64,000 bases of DNA from Gemmatimonadales bacterium (GTDB lineage Bacteria > Gemmatimonadota > Gemmatimonadetes > Gemmatimonadales > GWC2-71-9). This document shows positions 20,800 to 30,448 of this stretch, one piece after another. Within the stretch, counting starts at the first letter, position 1. Every line of letters begins with the position of its first letter. Both the position numbers and the translations under genes were made by a program. Location: positions 10,596-74,595 of the forward strand of contig JBFJHJ010000010.1 in assembly GCA_041613315.1 (NCBI GenBank), in the 5' to 3' direction. The notes under the pieces were generated by a model that was not told where the DNA came from, searched no databases, and saw only the letters and a program-made list of their open reading frames with translations.

Positions 20800-21765
20800 T
20801 CACCCGTCCGCCAACCCTGGAATACCCCGCAAGCCCGTCGCCGTCCGCACGGCGCGCTCGATCGCCGTCGCCGCGGCGTCCTGCGCGAGCATCTCGACGG
20901 CGACCGGCGACTGGTCGGGGAGCGCGCCCGTCGAGGCCGCGAAGACGATATCCCCGTCGAACTGGGAGCCGGCCGGTGCGATGCGCTGCGCGAGCGCGTC
21001 TGCGGCCATCTCGGCGAGGTCGCGCAGGTCGAGCCGTCCGAGACGCGCATTGGTTGCGACGACGACGAGGGTGGTGTTCGCGCCCGCGCGCGCGAAATTT
21101 CCGAACGGGCCGCCGCCCTCCGCGAGGTACCGGCGCGTGTCCACGAACGCCCCGTCGCGGCGGGCGCCCGCGACGATCGCGCCGGTGGCATCGCGCACAT
21201 CACCGAACGCGTTCACCACCGCCAGCGCGCCGACGACGAGGGAGTCGCGACGCACCGCCCAGGTCCCGACGCCGCCCTTCATCGCGCCATCCGCCCCGAG
21301 CACCTTGCCGACCGTCGCCCCGGTGCCCGCTCCGACCGATCCCTCGGCGACCGTCTCCGTGGCGGCCTCGCAGGCCCGATAGCCGTCCGCGGGCAGCGGC
21401 CACCGATCCGCGGCCCCGATCGCCAGGTCGAAGATCACGGCGGCGGGCACGATGGGCACCACGGTGACGCCGACAGGAAACCCACGTTGCCGCTCCGCCA
21501 GCCACCGCATCACGCCGTCGGCCGCGCCCAGGCCGTACGCCGACCCGCCGGTGAGAAGGATCGCGTGGATCCGGGGCACGAGATGCCGGGGGGACAGTGC
21601 GTCCAGCTCCCGTGTGCCGGTGGCGCGCCCGCGCGTATGCGCGGCAGCGACGAGGCCCTCCGGCGGCCCCAGGACCACGGTACAGCCCGTAGCGGCGTCA
21701 GGATCGCCTGCGTGCCCGACCAGAATACCGGACACGCTGGTGAGGGCGGGGGACGGTGCACTCAT
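20800..21765 (-). CDS. Peptidase S58 / P1 family (DmpA-like)
   Basis: TGCTVVL, LTGGSAYGL, EGSVGAGTGA, G-A-NTTL autoprocessing site, FDGDIVFA. Confidence 0.9.
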   Translation of the reverse strand: MSAPSPALTSVSGILVGHAGDPDAATGCTVVLGPPEGLVAAAHTRGRATGTRELDALSPRHLVPRIHAILLTGGSAYGLGAADGVMRWLAERQRGFPVGVTVVPIVPAAVIFDLAIGAADRWPLPADGYRACEAATETVAEGSVGAGTGATVGKVLGADGAMKGGVGTWAVRRDSLVVGALAVVNAFGDVRDATGAIVAGARRDGAFVDTRRYLAEGGGPFGNFARAGANTTLVVVATNARLGRLDLRDLAEMAADALAQRIAPAGSQFDGDIVFAASTGALPDQSPVAVEMLAQDAAATAIERAVRTATGLRGIPGLADG

Positions 21766-21775
21766 CGTGGGTCGA

Positions 21776-21841
21776 AGTGTGCAGGTCGCGCGAAAACGAC
21801 GTCAAGCGGCGCTTGCCGCTGTCGACCGATCTCCTTAGGTT
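21776..21841. promoter_or_regulatory. Divergent sigma70-like promoters
   Basis: Minus strand: TTGACG(21805-21800)-18-CACACT(21781-21776). Plus strand: TTGCCG(21813-21818)-17-TAGGTT(21836-21841), 8 nt before GTG21850. Confidence 0.55.
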
Positions 21842-21849
21842 GGGCGCGC

Positions 21850-22725
21850 GTGGACACCGCTCCCCTGAAGCCTCAGCAGGTGCTCGTCGTGGACGACGAG
21901 GCCAGCATCCGCAACGCCCTCCGGCGCTACCTCGAGCACGTGGGTCACACGGTGTACGTCGCCGTCGACGGCGCAGAGGCGGTGGGACATCTGCGCCGCC
22001 ATGCCAGCCTCGCCCTGATGCTGTGCGATATCCGCATGCCGAAGATGACCGGCGTGGAGCTGGTGCCACTCGCGCTCGCGGAAAACCACGACCTCGCCAT
22101 TCTCATGCTCACGGCCGTGGACGACCCCCGCACCGCGATCGAGTGCATGAAGCTCGGCGCATTCGATTATCTCATCAAGCCGGTGGACTTCGAGGAGCTC
22201 GGCCTCCGGATCGCGCAGGCGCTGCGCCGCCGTGACCTGGAGATCGAGCGCCGTCAGCTCGAGGCGTGGCTCGCCAAGGAAGTCGCGATTCGCACTCGCG
22301 AGCTGGAGGACGGCGCCTCGCATCTGCAGGAAGCGGCGATCCGCGCCTTGACCGCCCTGGCGGATCGGCACGACCACGCCGCGAAGGTGCGCCCCGCCGG
22401 GGCGGAGACGGCGGCGACCGCGCGAAAGCTGGGGGCCGCGCTCGGGCTCAGCGGCGTCGACCTCGACGAGGTCGTCGCCGCCGCGCACCTGGGGAATATT
22501 CTCGATCTCCAAGAGGTGCGGGAAGGGCTTCGGGCCTTCGTGAACTACCAAAACGCAGTCGCCTTCGCGGAGCCGCTCAGCGACCGCGACACGGACACCG
22601 CGCTCGGCCGGCAGATCGTGGCGGCGGCCCGGCTCCACGCCGTGTCGGGTCCGGCGGCGGTGACGGCGGCGTCCTACCTGTCGGATCAGGTGAAGGCGGC
22701 GGCGCGGACGGCGCTCGCGGGGTAA
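21850..22725 (+). CDS. Response regulator: receiver domain + degenerate HD-GYP-like domain
   Basis: VLVVDDE, CDIRMPKMTG, MLTA, DYLIKP, then a coiled coil (EVAIRTREL) and a shortened HD-GYP-like tail without the HD or GYP motifs. Confidence 0.85.
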   Translation: MDTAPLKPQQVLVVDDEASIRNALRRYLEHVGHTVYVAVDGAEAVGHLRRHASLALMLCDIRMPKMTGVELVPLALAENHDLAILMLTAVDDPRTAIECMKLGAFDYLIKPVDFEELGLRIAQALRRRDLEIERRQLEAWLAKEVAIRTRELEDGASHLQEAAIRALTALADRHDHAAKVRPAGAETAATARKLGAALGLSGVDLDEVVAAAHLGNILDLQEVREGLRAFVNYQNAVAFAEPLSDRDTDTALGRQIVAAARLHAVSGPAAVTAASYLSDQVKAAARTALAG

Positions 22726-22735
22726 GGGCCGTGGG

Positions 22736-22918
22736 TCAGGCGCCCGGCCGCGCCCCGCTCCCCTGTGCCTTTGCCTGGCACGCCTTGCACAGGGTCACGC
22801 CGCGCATCGAACAGATGAGACAGATGAACGTACCGCACCCGTCGCAGGGATAGCCCTCCGAGGCCCGCTCCTGATTGCCGCACGCGCGGCAGATCATCGC
22901 ATCGACTTCCTGGCCCAT
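22736..22918 (-). CDS. Small 8-Cys Zn-finger protein (60 aa)
   Basis: CRAC...CDGC...CLIC...CKAC. Strong SD TAAGGAGG before ATG22918, and a CATATT -10-like hexamer upstream. Confidence 0.85.
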   Translation of the reverse strand: MGQEVDAMICRACGNQERASEGYPCDGCGTFICLICSMRGVTLCKACQAKAQGSGARPGA

Positions 22919-22976
22919 GCCGCCTCCTTACCGTGGAATATGCCGCTCGGGACCGCGGCGTCCAGCGCGCCCCGAC

Positions 22977-23876
22977 CTAGGGCGCCGGCGTGGGAACCAG
23001 CACGCCGATGGCCGCCGGCTGCACCTCGACCGTGAACGGCGTGTCGCCGGCCGGCTCGCCATCCAGTTGGACGGGACGCGGCACGTCCGTCTCGACCGTG
23101 ACGCGCCGGGCTCGGGCGAAGCGCACGAAGGCGCTCGTGCGCACGCGGCCGGTGAGCGCCCGCCACATGACGTCGATCCCCGCGAGCACCGTCGCGGCCT
23201 TGACGATCAGCACGTCGAGGATGCCGTCGTCGGGCACGACCCCGTCACGAATCCGTACATACGGCGGCATCACCTCGCCGCAGTTGGCGACGAGCACCAT
23301 CGTCGCGGCGGTCTCGATCACCTCATCGTCCACCGTGATCCGGTGGGGCACCGCCCGGAGATCACCCAGCGACTTGACGGTTTGGCCCACGTACGCACCC
23401 ATCCCCCACCGCCGTTTGGCCTCAGCCGTGGCGCCCGCCATGACCTGCGCGTCCACGCCGGTGCCGCCGGCCACGGCGAAGTAGCGGGCACCGGCCTCGC
23501 GGAGCACCCGCCCCAGGTCGATGCGCCGCGGCACACCGCGGGCGACCACGCGCGCCGCGGCCACGGGATCGCGCGGCAGGCGCAAATTGCCGGCGAGGAG
23601 GTTTCCGGTCCCGCCCGGAATCAGTCCAATCGGGACCTCATGGCCGATCACACCGCGCACGACTTCGGCCGTCGTGCCGTCGCCACCGTACACGGCGATG
23701 CGGTCCACGCCGTCCCTGACGCCACGGCGCGCCAACTCCGCGGCGTCGCCCGGGCGCGTCGTGCCGGCGACGTCCACGTCCCACCCCTCGGCCGCCAGGG
23801 TGCGGGACACCGACCCCACCACCTCGGCGTCGCTGCGGGCCGCCACCGGGTTGAACACCAGCAGCACCCGCGGCAC
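22977..23876 (-). CDS. Diacylglycerol/lipid kinase family protein (YegS/DagK-like)
   Basis: FNPVA, GGDGT, PGGTGNLLA, G.DA, QLDGE. Confidence 0.92.
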   Translation of the reverse strand: MPRVLLVFNPVAARSDAEVVGSVSRTLAAEGWDVDVAGTTRPGDAAELARRGVRDGVDRIAVYGGDGTTAEVVRGVIGHEVPIGLIPGGTGNLLAGNLRLPRDPVAAARVVARGVPRRIDLGRVLREAGARYFAVAGGTGVDAQVMAGATAEAKRRWGMGAYVGQTVKSLGDLRAVPHRITVDDEVIETAATMVLVANCGEVMPPYVRIRDGVVPDDGILDVLIVKAATVLAGIDVMWRALTGRVRTSAFVRFARARRVTVETDVPRPVQLDGEPAGDTPFTVEVQPAAIGVLVPTPAP

Positions 23877-26800
23877 TAGTAACGCTTTTCCCAGAAGAGA
23901 TCGAACCCCAGCTGCAGCTGTCCCGCCTCACCCGAGACGTCGCAGATCCGCAACGGATCGACGCTGGCGGCCACCAGCCACCGCCGGCTCAACCGAAACT
24001 CCAGGCTCGCGCCCAGGTTCTCCAGACTCACGACCGACTGTCGCGGACAGATGCGCGGGCTCGCCGTGAGGAACGCCGACGTGCCGAAGATCGTGAACTG
24101 CTTCCCGACGGAGATCTCCGCGGAAAGGAGACTCGAGCCGGCCGTGCGGATCTGCAGATAATCGAGCGGAATGCCCAGGTCGCCGATCAGCGACGCCCCG
24201 AGCTGGCCGGACAGCACGCCCACGACGTTGGCCAGCATCTGATCCTGCAGCCGCCGGTTCTCCGCGCCGCCCGCTCCGGTAAACGCCTGCAGGCTGGGCG
24301 CGCCGAACAGCAGATACGAGATGATCTCCGTCTCGGAGATGGCGGGGCGGATGTCGCTGCTCAGCGTGAGCTTCGGCTCGTACAGCGTTCCGCCAATGTG
24401 CACGAACACCGTTACATTGTCGCCCCGTGGCACACGCACGAGGTGGCGGGCTTCGATGTCCAGATCCGCATTGAGGTCGGGTGTCCCAAAGTACCGGACC
24501 TGGCCCCGCGTCACCTGGAACTCCCGGGTCACCGTGGGGAACAACTCGAGCCGATAGGTCCCGCGAGGCGTCTCCAGCGTCCCCGTGAATCGGTAGCGGT
24601 CGCGGAGCTTGTTGACCGTCACCGTGCCGGACAACTGGATGTTGGCCTCCCCCGAGCGCAGCCACACGTCCGACCCCATCTCGAGGCGCAGGCTGTCCAC
24701 CCGGAGGCTGTCGAGGAACCGGTTCTCGAACTCGGGCCCGAGACCCTGACGCTTGATCAGTGTCGTGTCCACGAACTCGCGGAACAGCGGGTCTTCCAGG
24801 TTAACGACGTTCTTGTTGATCAGGTCGGCAAAGTACAGCACGCCACGCGTGGCTGTGCCGTGTCCCGTGAGGGTCGCGTTGAACAACGGGCCCTTGAGCT
24901 CGAGGTCGCCCGTGGCCGTGAGCGTGAGGAAATCGCGTGCGTCGAGGCTGCGGAACTCCCGGCCCGTGACACGCAGGTCCAGGATGGGGCGGCTCAGCTC
25001 CTCGAGCCGCACGAATCCGGCGACCTCCGCGGTGCCCTGTCCGCTGCGCACCCGGAGCTGCCGCACGTGGATGGTATCGCCCGAGAGGGCGAGCGCGATG
25101 TTCAGACCCTCGTGCCGCACGCCCAGGGATGGGAAGCTCGCTGACCCGTCACGGACGTCCACCCGGCCGGTGAGGACCGGCCGCTCCCAGTTGCCCGTGA
25201 TGCCGAAGTCCGCGTCGAGGGTCCCCGCGGAGCGCCGCACGAATGGGGTGAGCGCGTCCACGAAGGCCAGGTCCACGCCCGCCGCGACGGCCCGCACCGA
25301 AAGCGGGCCGGGGAGCTGGCGTTGCGTCGCCCCCGTGATGGCGAGGTCCACGGGAAGGCTCACGTCCACCTGCAAGATTTGCTCGCCCGCACGAAACAGC
25401 GTGAACTCGCCCGCGAGCCGGCGGTCGCGATAGCTCGCCCGTCCGTCCACGATCGGCGCACGGAACGTGTCGAACCGCAGGCCCCGGAGCGCAACGGTGA
25501 GATCGATGGCGGGGGCCCGCGCCGTGCCGGTGACGCGCAGCGTGCCGCTCAACTCTCCTTCGGTCTCCTCGTAGTCGCGCTGGAGCAACAGCCACAGGTC
25601 GCGGATCGGCAGGGCACGCATCTCGCCCGTGAGGTCGCCGCGACCGGCGAACGGGAGGCGTCCCGTGAGGGAGACCGACCCCGCGCCCAGGGCGCCCGTG
25701 AACACGACGCCTCTCAGATCCACGCCGCTGTCGGAGACCGCGACGACCGCGCTCGTGTCGACGAACCAGGCGCCCGTCGCGAGGAGGACGCCGAGGGAGT
25801 CCACCGGGACCGTGTGGCCGGTCGAGTCGGCGAGCCACCGCCCACCGCCGATGAAGCCACCCACGTCGCCGAAGCGGCCGCGGCCGAACCACGAGAGGCT
25901 GTCCGGCGGACCCGCCACACGCGCTTCCACGGCACTGAAGGCGAATCCCGCCCGAGAGACGGAGTCCAGCGCCACCTGGCCCGTGAGCCGCCGGGCCGTC
26001 GGCGCCCACGACCCCCGCCCCCGGACGCCGACGAGCGACACGGCGCCGCGCTCGAGTCGCCGGGCGTCGAGCGAGCCCGCGAGCAGGTAGTCGTCCAGGG
26101 CGCCCTCGATGCGTACGGTCAGAATGGCGGCGCCGCCGGTCGGTATGAACGCGGCGCTGGTGTCGGGCGGGCCGAGCCACGTGGCGAGGAACGGCTCGAA
26201 GATCGCGAGGGAGTCCACCCGGCCCGACACCGTGAGCACGCCGCGGCGGGGCGCCACGAGCCCCAGCGAGCCGCGCCCGTCCATACGGAGGGTGTTCCCC
26301 CAAACCCGCAGGGTGCCGATCGTCAGGCTGCTGTCCGCAAGAGCCACGACCGCGCGAGCGCTGTCCACGGCGAGGCCGTGCACGACCGAGGTATCCACGT
26401 TGATGGCGAGCCGCCACCGGGCCGAGGGGTCGAACCCCATCCCGCGCGCCTCCCCTCGCGCGTACAGACGCGTCTCAGGGAAGCTGGGATGGAACGCGTG
26501 GAGGTCCACGTTGCGCAGCATTACCGCGAGGGTGTGGGCCCCCCAATCCCCGGTCCCGAGGTTCAGCACGCCCCGCGCATCGATCGCGCCGCCGCGGCCC
26601 CGCAACGTGGCGTCGACCGCCACGGAGTCCAGGTACCCGGCCAGACCGAGACGGCCGGAGAAGGCACCGCCCACCTCACTCAGCGCGGGGAAGCTGCCCG
26701 CCAGCCCGTCGAGGCTGAGCGGATCGAGGTCCACCTCCGCCCACACGCCAAGGGTCTCGCCCCGCGCGTCGAGTCGAATGCTGCCGCGCACGACCGATAG

Positions 26801-28216
26801 GGGGCGGGGCTCGTCGTCGTGCGTGAGCTCGCCGTTGAACGTGGGCGTGAGCCACGCTCCGTCCAGGCGGCCCCGGCCGCGGACGCGGCCCTCCAACGCC
26901 GCCGCCGGGATGAGGCGCCGCACGCTCCCCATGTCCACGTCCGCGTTCCGCACCGTGAACCCGCCGAAGACGACGTCACCGGGGACGCCCAGGGACACGG
27001 GGCCTTCACCGATCACGCTGGTCTCGGGCCACCCCTCCACCAGGGAATCGTGGAACGTCGCCGACGCCGTCAGCTGCATCCGCTCGCGGGGACCGTCCAT
27101 GCCGACGCGTCCTGTGAGTCGCCCGGCGATCGGCAGGGTGTCGAGGAAGCCGCGGACGTACTCGAGATCGAAGTTCTGCAGCTCCAGGCGCGTGCCGAGC
27201 TGGGCCCACGTGTCCGGTCCCAGGCGCATGCCCAGCCGGCCGCGCAGCCGCCCGCCACCGCCGGTCCCTTCGAGATCGAGGCGCTCACCGACGAACTCGA
27301 GCACTTCCCCGCTGATCGAGCGGATCGTGAAGTCGCCGCGCCCGGCCACGCCGCCCGGGAGCTCGGACACGAGTCCCAGCACCTCGGCCGACACCACGCG
27401 AGCCGCGCGGACATCGAGATTCAGGAGCAGGGTGTCGCTGCCCCACGCCAGCGAACCCCGGACGGCCGCTCGTGTCGCCGGCAGGGAGAGGTTCTGGAGC
27501 TCCAGGGTCAGCGAATCACCCCACACGTTGACCAGCCCACGAGCCGCCGTCACGTCGAGGAGCGGGTCAGACGCGGACGCGCTGAGCGCCGCCACCTCGA
27601 TGGCGACCGCCCGCTCGAACGGCAGCGGGGAGGACAGCCGCACGAAGGGGAACTGCGCGTTGACGCGGTCGATGCGCCGAACCCGGACACCTCCGCCACG
27701 GCCATCGGCCACCCCGTCGCCGGACGGCGTCCGGATCACGACCGTGGCGCCGATGAGCCGCACGTCGCTGAACGCGATGAGCGGCGGGCGGCCCCGGGGC
27801 GCCGCGGTGTCGGCGGCGCCGCGAGCGAAGATCTCATCGACGTTGAACGGCCCGCCCGGGTGCGCCTGCACCAGTGTCGCGGTGGGACGCGACAGGATCA
27901 GCTGGCCGAGGACGATACGGCCGCTCAGCAAGTCGTCCAGCCGGTAGCGGAACTGCAGGCGGGCGATCTCCAGGAGCGGGGCGCCGTCCCGGCCGACGAT
28001 GGCGATATCGTCGAGCGTGAGCCCGTCCAGGAACGAGCCGCCGACCTCTCCCACGGTCATCGTGCCGTTGATCCGGTCGTTTACGAACGTGACCGCGGCA
28101 TCGGCGACCAGGCGGCGCCCAGTCTCGGTGCGCAGCGCTGCCGACGCACCTCCGAGCAGGGTGCCACCCACCCAGATGGCGACGACGGCGCCCCCCAGCC
28201 CGAGCCGGCTACCCAC
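23876..28216 (-). CDS. tamB: Translocation/assembly module TamB (DUF490) family protein
   Basis: 1446 aa, N-terminal anchor, long beta-rich body, C-terminal DUF490-like region (GTP.LNA.LDIEA, GTLYEPKLTLSS, IISYLLFG). Adjacent to an Omp85 gene. Confidence 0.88.
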   Translation of the reverse strand: MGSRLGLGGAVVAIWVGGTLLGGASAALRTETGRRLVADAAVTFVNDRINGTMTVGEVGGSFLDGLTLDDIAIVGRDGAPLLEIARLQFRYRLDDLLSGRIVLGQLILSRPTATLVQAHPGGPFNVDEIFARGAADTAAPRGRPPLIAFSDVRLIGATVVIRTPSGDGVADGRGGGVRVRRIDRVNAQFPFVRLSSPLPFERAVAIEVAALSASASDPLLDVTAARGLVNVWGDSLTLELQNLSLPATRAAVRGSLAWGSDTLLLNLDVRAARVVSAEVLGLVSELPGGVAGRGDFTIRSISGEVLEFVGERLDLEGTGGGGRLRGRLGMRLGPDTWAQLGTRLELQNFDLEYVRGFLDTLPIAGRLTGRVGMDGPRERMQLTASATFHDSLVEGWPETSVIGEGPVSLGVPGDVVFGGFTVRNADVDMGSVRRLIPAAALEGRVRGRGRLDGAWLTPTFNGELTHDDEPRPLSVVRGSIRLDARGETLGVWAEVDLDPLSLDGLAGSFPALSEVGGAFSGRLGLAGYLDSVAVDATLRGRGGAIDARGVLNLGTGDWGAHTLAVMLRNVDLHAFHPSFPETRLYARGEARGMGFDPSARWRLAINVDTSVVHGLAVDSARAVVALADSSLTIGTLRVWGNTLRMDGRGSLGLVAPRRGVLTVSGRVDSLAIFEPFLATWLGPPDTSAAFIPTGGAAILTVRIEGALDDYLLAGSLDARRLERGAVSLVGVRGRGSWAPTARRLTGQVALDSVSRAGFAFSAVEARVAGPPDSLSWFGRGRFGDVGGFIGGGRWLADSTGHTVPVDSLGVLLATGAWFVDTSAVVAVSDSGVDLRGVVFTGALGAGSVSLTGRLPFAGRGDLTGEMRALPIRDLWLLLQRDYEETEGELSGTLRVTGTARAPAIDLTVALRGLRFDTFRAPIVDGRASYRDRRLAGEFTLFRAGEQILQVDVSLPVDLAITGATQRQLPGPLSVRAVAAGVDLAFVDALTPFVRRSAGTLDADFGITGNWERPVLTGRVDVRDGSASFPSLGVRHEGLNIALALSGDTIHVRQLRVRSGQGTAEVAGFVRLEELSRPILDLRVTGREFRSLDARDFLTLTATGDLELKGPLFNATLTGHGTATRGVLYFADLINKNVVNLEDPLFREFVDTTLIKRQGLGPEFENRFLDSLRVDSLRLEMGSDVWLRSGEANIQLSGTVTVNKLRDRYRFTGTLETPRGTYRLELFPTVTREFQVTRGQVRYFGTPDLNADLDIEARHLVRVPRGDNVTVFVHIGGTLYEPKLTLSSDIRPAISETEIISYLLFGAPSLQAFTGAGGAENRRLQDQMLANVVGVLSGQLGASLIGDLGIPLDYLQIRTAGSSLLSAEISVGKQFTIFGTSAFLTASPRICPRQSVVSLENLGASLEFRLSRRWLVAASVDPLRICDVSGEAGQLQLGFDLFWEKRY

Positions 28217-28234
28217 GGCGTCTCCCCGGCGCGG

Positions 28235-30448
28235 TCAAAACGCCTGCCCCACGGAGAAGTGCACCTGGAGGCGCTGGAAGAAGGTGCGTGGCTCGGCCGC
28301 CAGCTCTCGCGAGGGGAACTGCGGCGTGAGCAGCCGCAGGATCCGCACGCCGTTTTCCACCACTTCCTGGTACAGCGCACCCCGCTGCACGTTTGACCCA
28401 TCGTAGGCGACGTCCAACCGGACCGGCCCCAGCGGCGACCCGACGCGAATCCCCACGCCTGGCGTGACGCGGAACAATTCGAGGCTCGAGAACTGGTCGT
28501 CGCGCTCGATCAGCCGTCCCGCATCCACGAAGAGGGCGCCGGAGATGCGATTGCCCAGGCCGGGCAGGGGGAAGCGCAGCTCCACGTTGGCGAGGATCAG
28601 CTGGTTGCCGCCGACGGCGGCGGTCCGGAGCCGCCCCGTCGCCGTGTCCACCATGCCGGTGGCCGGATTCACGAACTGTACGGTGTCGGGCGGCTCGACC
28701 GTGGCGGCGAGCACCCGGACCAGTGGACCGAGCTCGTTTTGGCCAAACCCGCGGACGCTGTTGGCGCCCCCGGCAAAGAAGCGCTCCTCGGGCGGCACGA
28801 ACCGCCGCGCGACCCCTGCGGTATCCGGCAAGCTGGGGGCTGCGACGCCTCCCACCCGCACCCGCCACGCGAACACGGAGCGCCCGCCCACGCGATGGTA
28901 GACGGCGAGCTCCGTCACCGCTTTGGCGAACCGGCTCAGGGAATCCGCGCCCGTCAGGCCCGCGCCGTAGCGCAGCTCGCCGGAGAGCACGCTGCCGCGG
29001 GTCGGATCCAGCAGAGAGTTCGTCCCGTTGCGCACGACGCCCAGCGACACGGTGGAGCGCAGGCGTCGCTCCTCGAACCGCCTGGTATCCGCCTCGGCGC
29101 ACACATCGAAGAACGTACACACCGTGGCGGGATCGGCCTCGGTCTTCACGGAGCCGAGCGAATACGTGAGCGTGACCGGGACGTTGGCGCGAACCTGCCG
29201 CGTGAAGGAGATCTCGCCGCCGAAGGCCTCTCGAAAGAACGCCCGGAACTCGCTCTGCCGCTCGGCGAAGAGTGACACGGTCGCGCTCGTGCGCCGGGAG
29301 AAGAAAATGGGCTCCGTGAAACTCGCATTCAGGCTGAAGTTGAGGCGCCGGCGCGTCGAATCGTCCTTCCCGAGTTCCCAGCAGAGCGAGTTATCGAAGC
29401 CGAGGTCGAACGGATCGCCGGTGCCGATCTTGGACAGTCGCGCGCTGAGCTGCAGCTGACGGGCACCGCCGAGGACGCCCCGGCCCGTCCACGACGTCAG
29501 CGTCCGAATGCAGTCAAACGAGCCGTACCCGGTGCCCAGCCGCACGCGGTGCAACGGACCTTCGGCGACGTGCACGTGCACGGTGACCACAGAATCTCCA
29601 GGATGCTCCGGGACCGAATCTGCCAGGCTCACGTTCACGAAGTTGTATACCCCCATGCGGTACAGATCGAGCTGGCTTTCGTACAGCTCGCGCTCGCTGT
29701 ACCGCCGACCCGGGCGGATGGGAATCAGTCGGCGCACCACGTCGGCGGGAATCTGGTCTGCGCCCACCACCTCCACCTCCCCCACCGCTGCCCGCGGGCC
29801 CGGCACGACATCGAACGCGACCTCCGCCCGCCGGGCGGCCCGGTCCTCGTCGAAGCTTCGGAAGACCTCCGCGAACGGGTATCCGCGATCGTGGAGGAAC
29901 ACGCGGATCGTGTCCGCCGAGGCGAGCAGGCGAAGGCGGTTGAACGGATCGCCCACTTTGAGGGGGAGATCCCGGACGATCCGCTCGGGGGAGACGATCT
30001 CCTCGACGCCGGTGACGGCGAGCGACGCGACGCGCACCGGCTCTCCCTCGTGGATGAAGAACCGAATGTCGACCCGCCGTCCCGCGCGCCGCACCAGCGT
30101 ATCCACCGAGGCGTCCACGAAGCCGCCCTGACGGTACAGCGCTTCGATCCGGAGCACGTCCCGCCGGAACTCCGTCTCGTCGAAGTAGCGCTTTTCCCCA
30201 AGGAACCCAACCACCCGGGCGAACCACGACGAGCGCGACGTGGCGATCGAGGCGCGGAGCGTATTGTCGTCGATCGCGCGGTTGCCCTCAAAGGCGAGGC
30301 CGTAGACGATGGGCGGCGACACGTCTTCCTGCTCCTGGCCCTCCAGCGGTCCGGCGAGGGTCGTCGACGCCAGAAGGAGCATGGCCCACGTCCCCAGCGC
30401 TCGGGGCCGGCGACCGAAGCCGACCGCACCGCCACTACGCGCGTTCAA
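28235..30448 (-). CDS. BamA/TamA (Omp85) family outer membrane protein
   Basis: POTRA repeats (FEGN, Y...GF, IHEGEP), FFAGGANSVRGF, GPVRLDVAY, C-terminal HFSVGQAF. Confidence 0.93.
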   Translation of the reverse strand: MNARSGGAVGFGRRPRALGTWAMLLLASTTLAGPLEGQEQEDVSPPIVYGLAFEGNRAIDDNTLRASIATSRSSWFARVVGFLGEKRYFDETEFRRDVLRIEALYRQGGFVDASVDTLVRRAGRRVDIRFFIHEGEPVRVASLAVTGVEEIVSPERIVRDLPLKVGDPFNRLRLLASADTIRVFLHDRGYPFAEVFRSFDEDRAARRAEVAFDVVPGPRAAVGEVEVVGADQIPADVVRRLIPIRPGRRYSERELYESQLDLYRMGVYNFVNVSLADSVPEHPGDSVVTVHVHVAEGPLHRVRLGTGYGSFDCIRTLTSWTGRGVLGGARQLQLSARLSKIGTGDPFDLGFDNSLCWELGKDDSTRRRLNFSLNASFTEPIFFSRRTSATVSLFAERQSEFRAFFREAFGGEISFTRQVRANVPVTLTYSLGSVKTEADPATVCTFFDVCAEADTRRFEERRLRSTVSLGVVRNGTNSLLDPTRGSVLSGELRYGAGLTGADSLSRFAKAVTELAVYHRVGGRSVFAWRVRVGGVAAPSLPDTAGVARRFVPPEERFFAGGANSVRGFGQNELGPLVRVLAATVEPPDTVQFVNPATGMVDTATGRLRTAAVGGNQLILANVELRFPLPGLGNRISGALFVDAGRLIERDDQFSSLELFRVTPGVGIRVGSPLGPVRLDVAYDGSNVQRGALYQEVVENGVRILRLLTPQFPSRELAAEPRTFFQRLQVHFSVGQAF

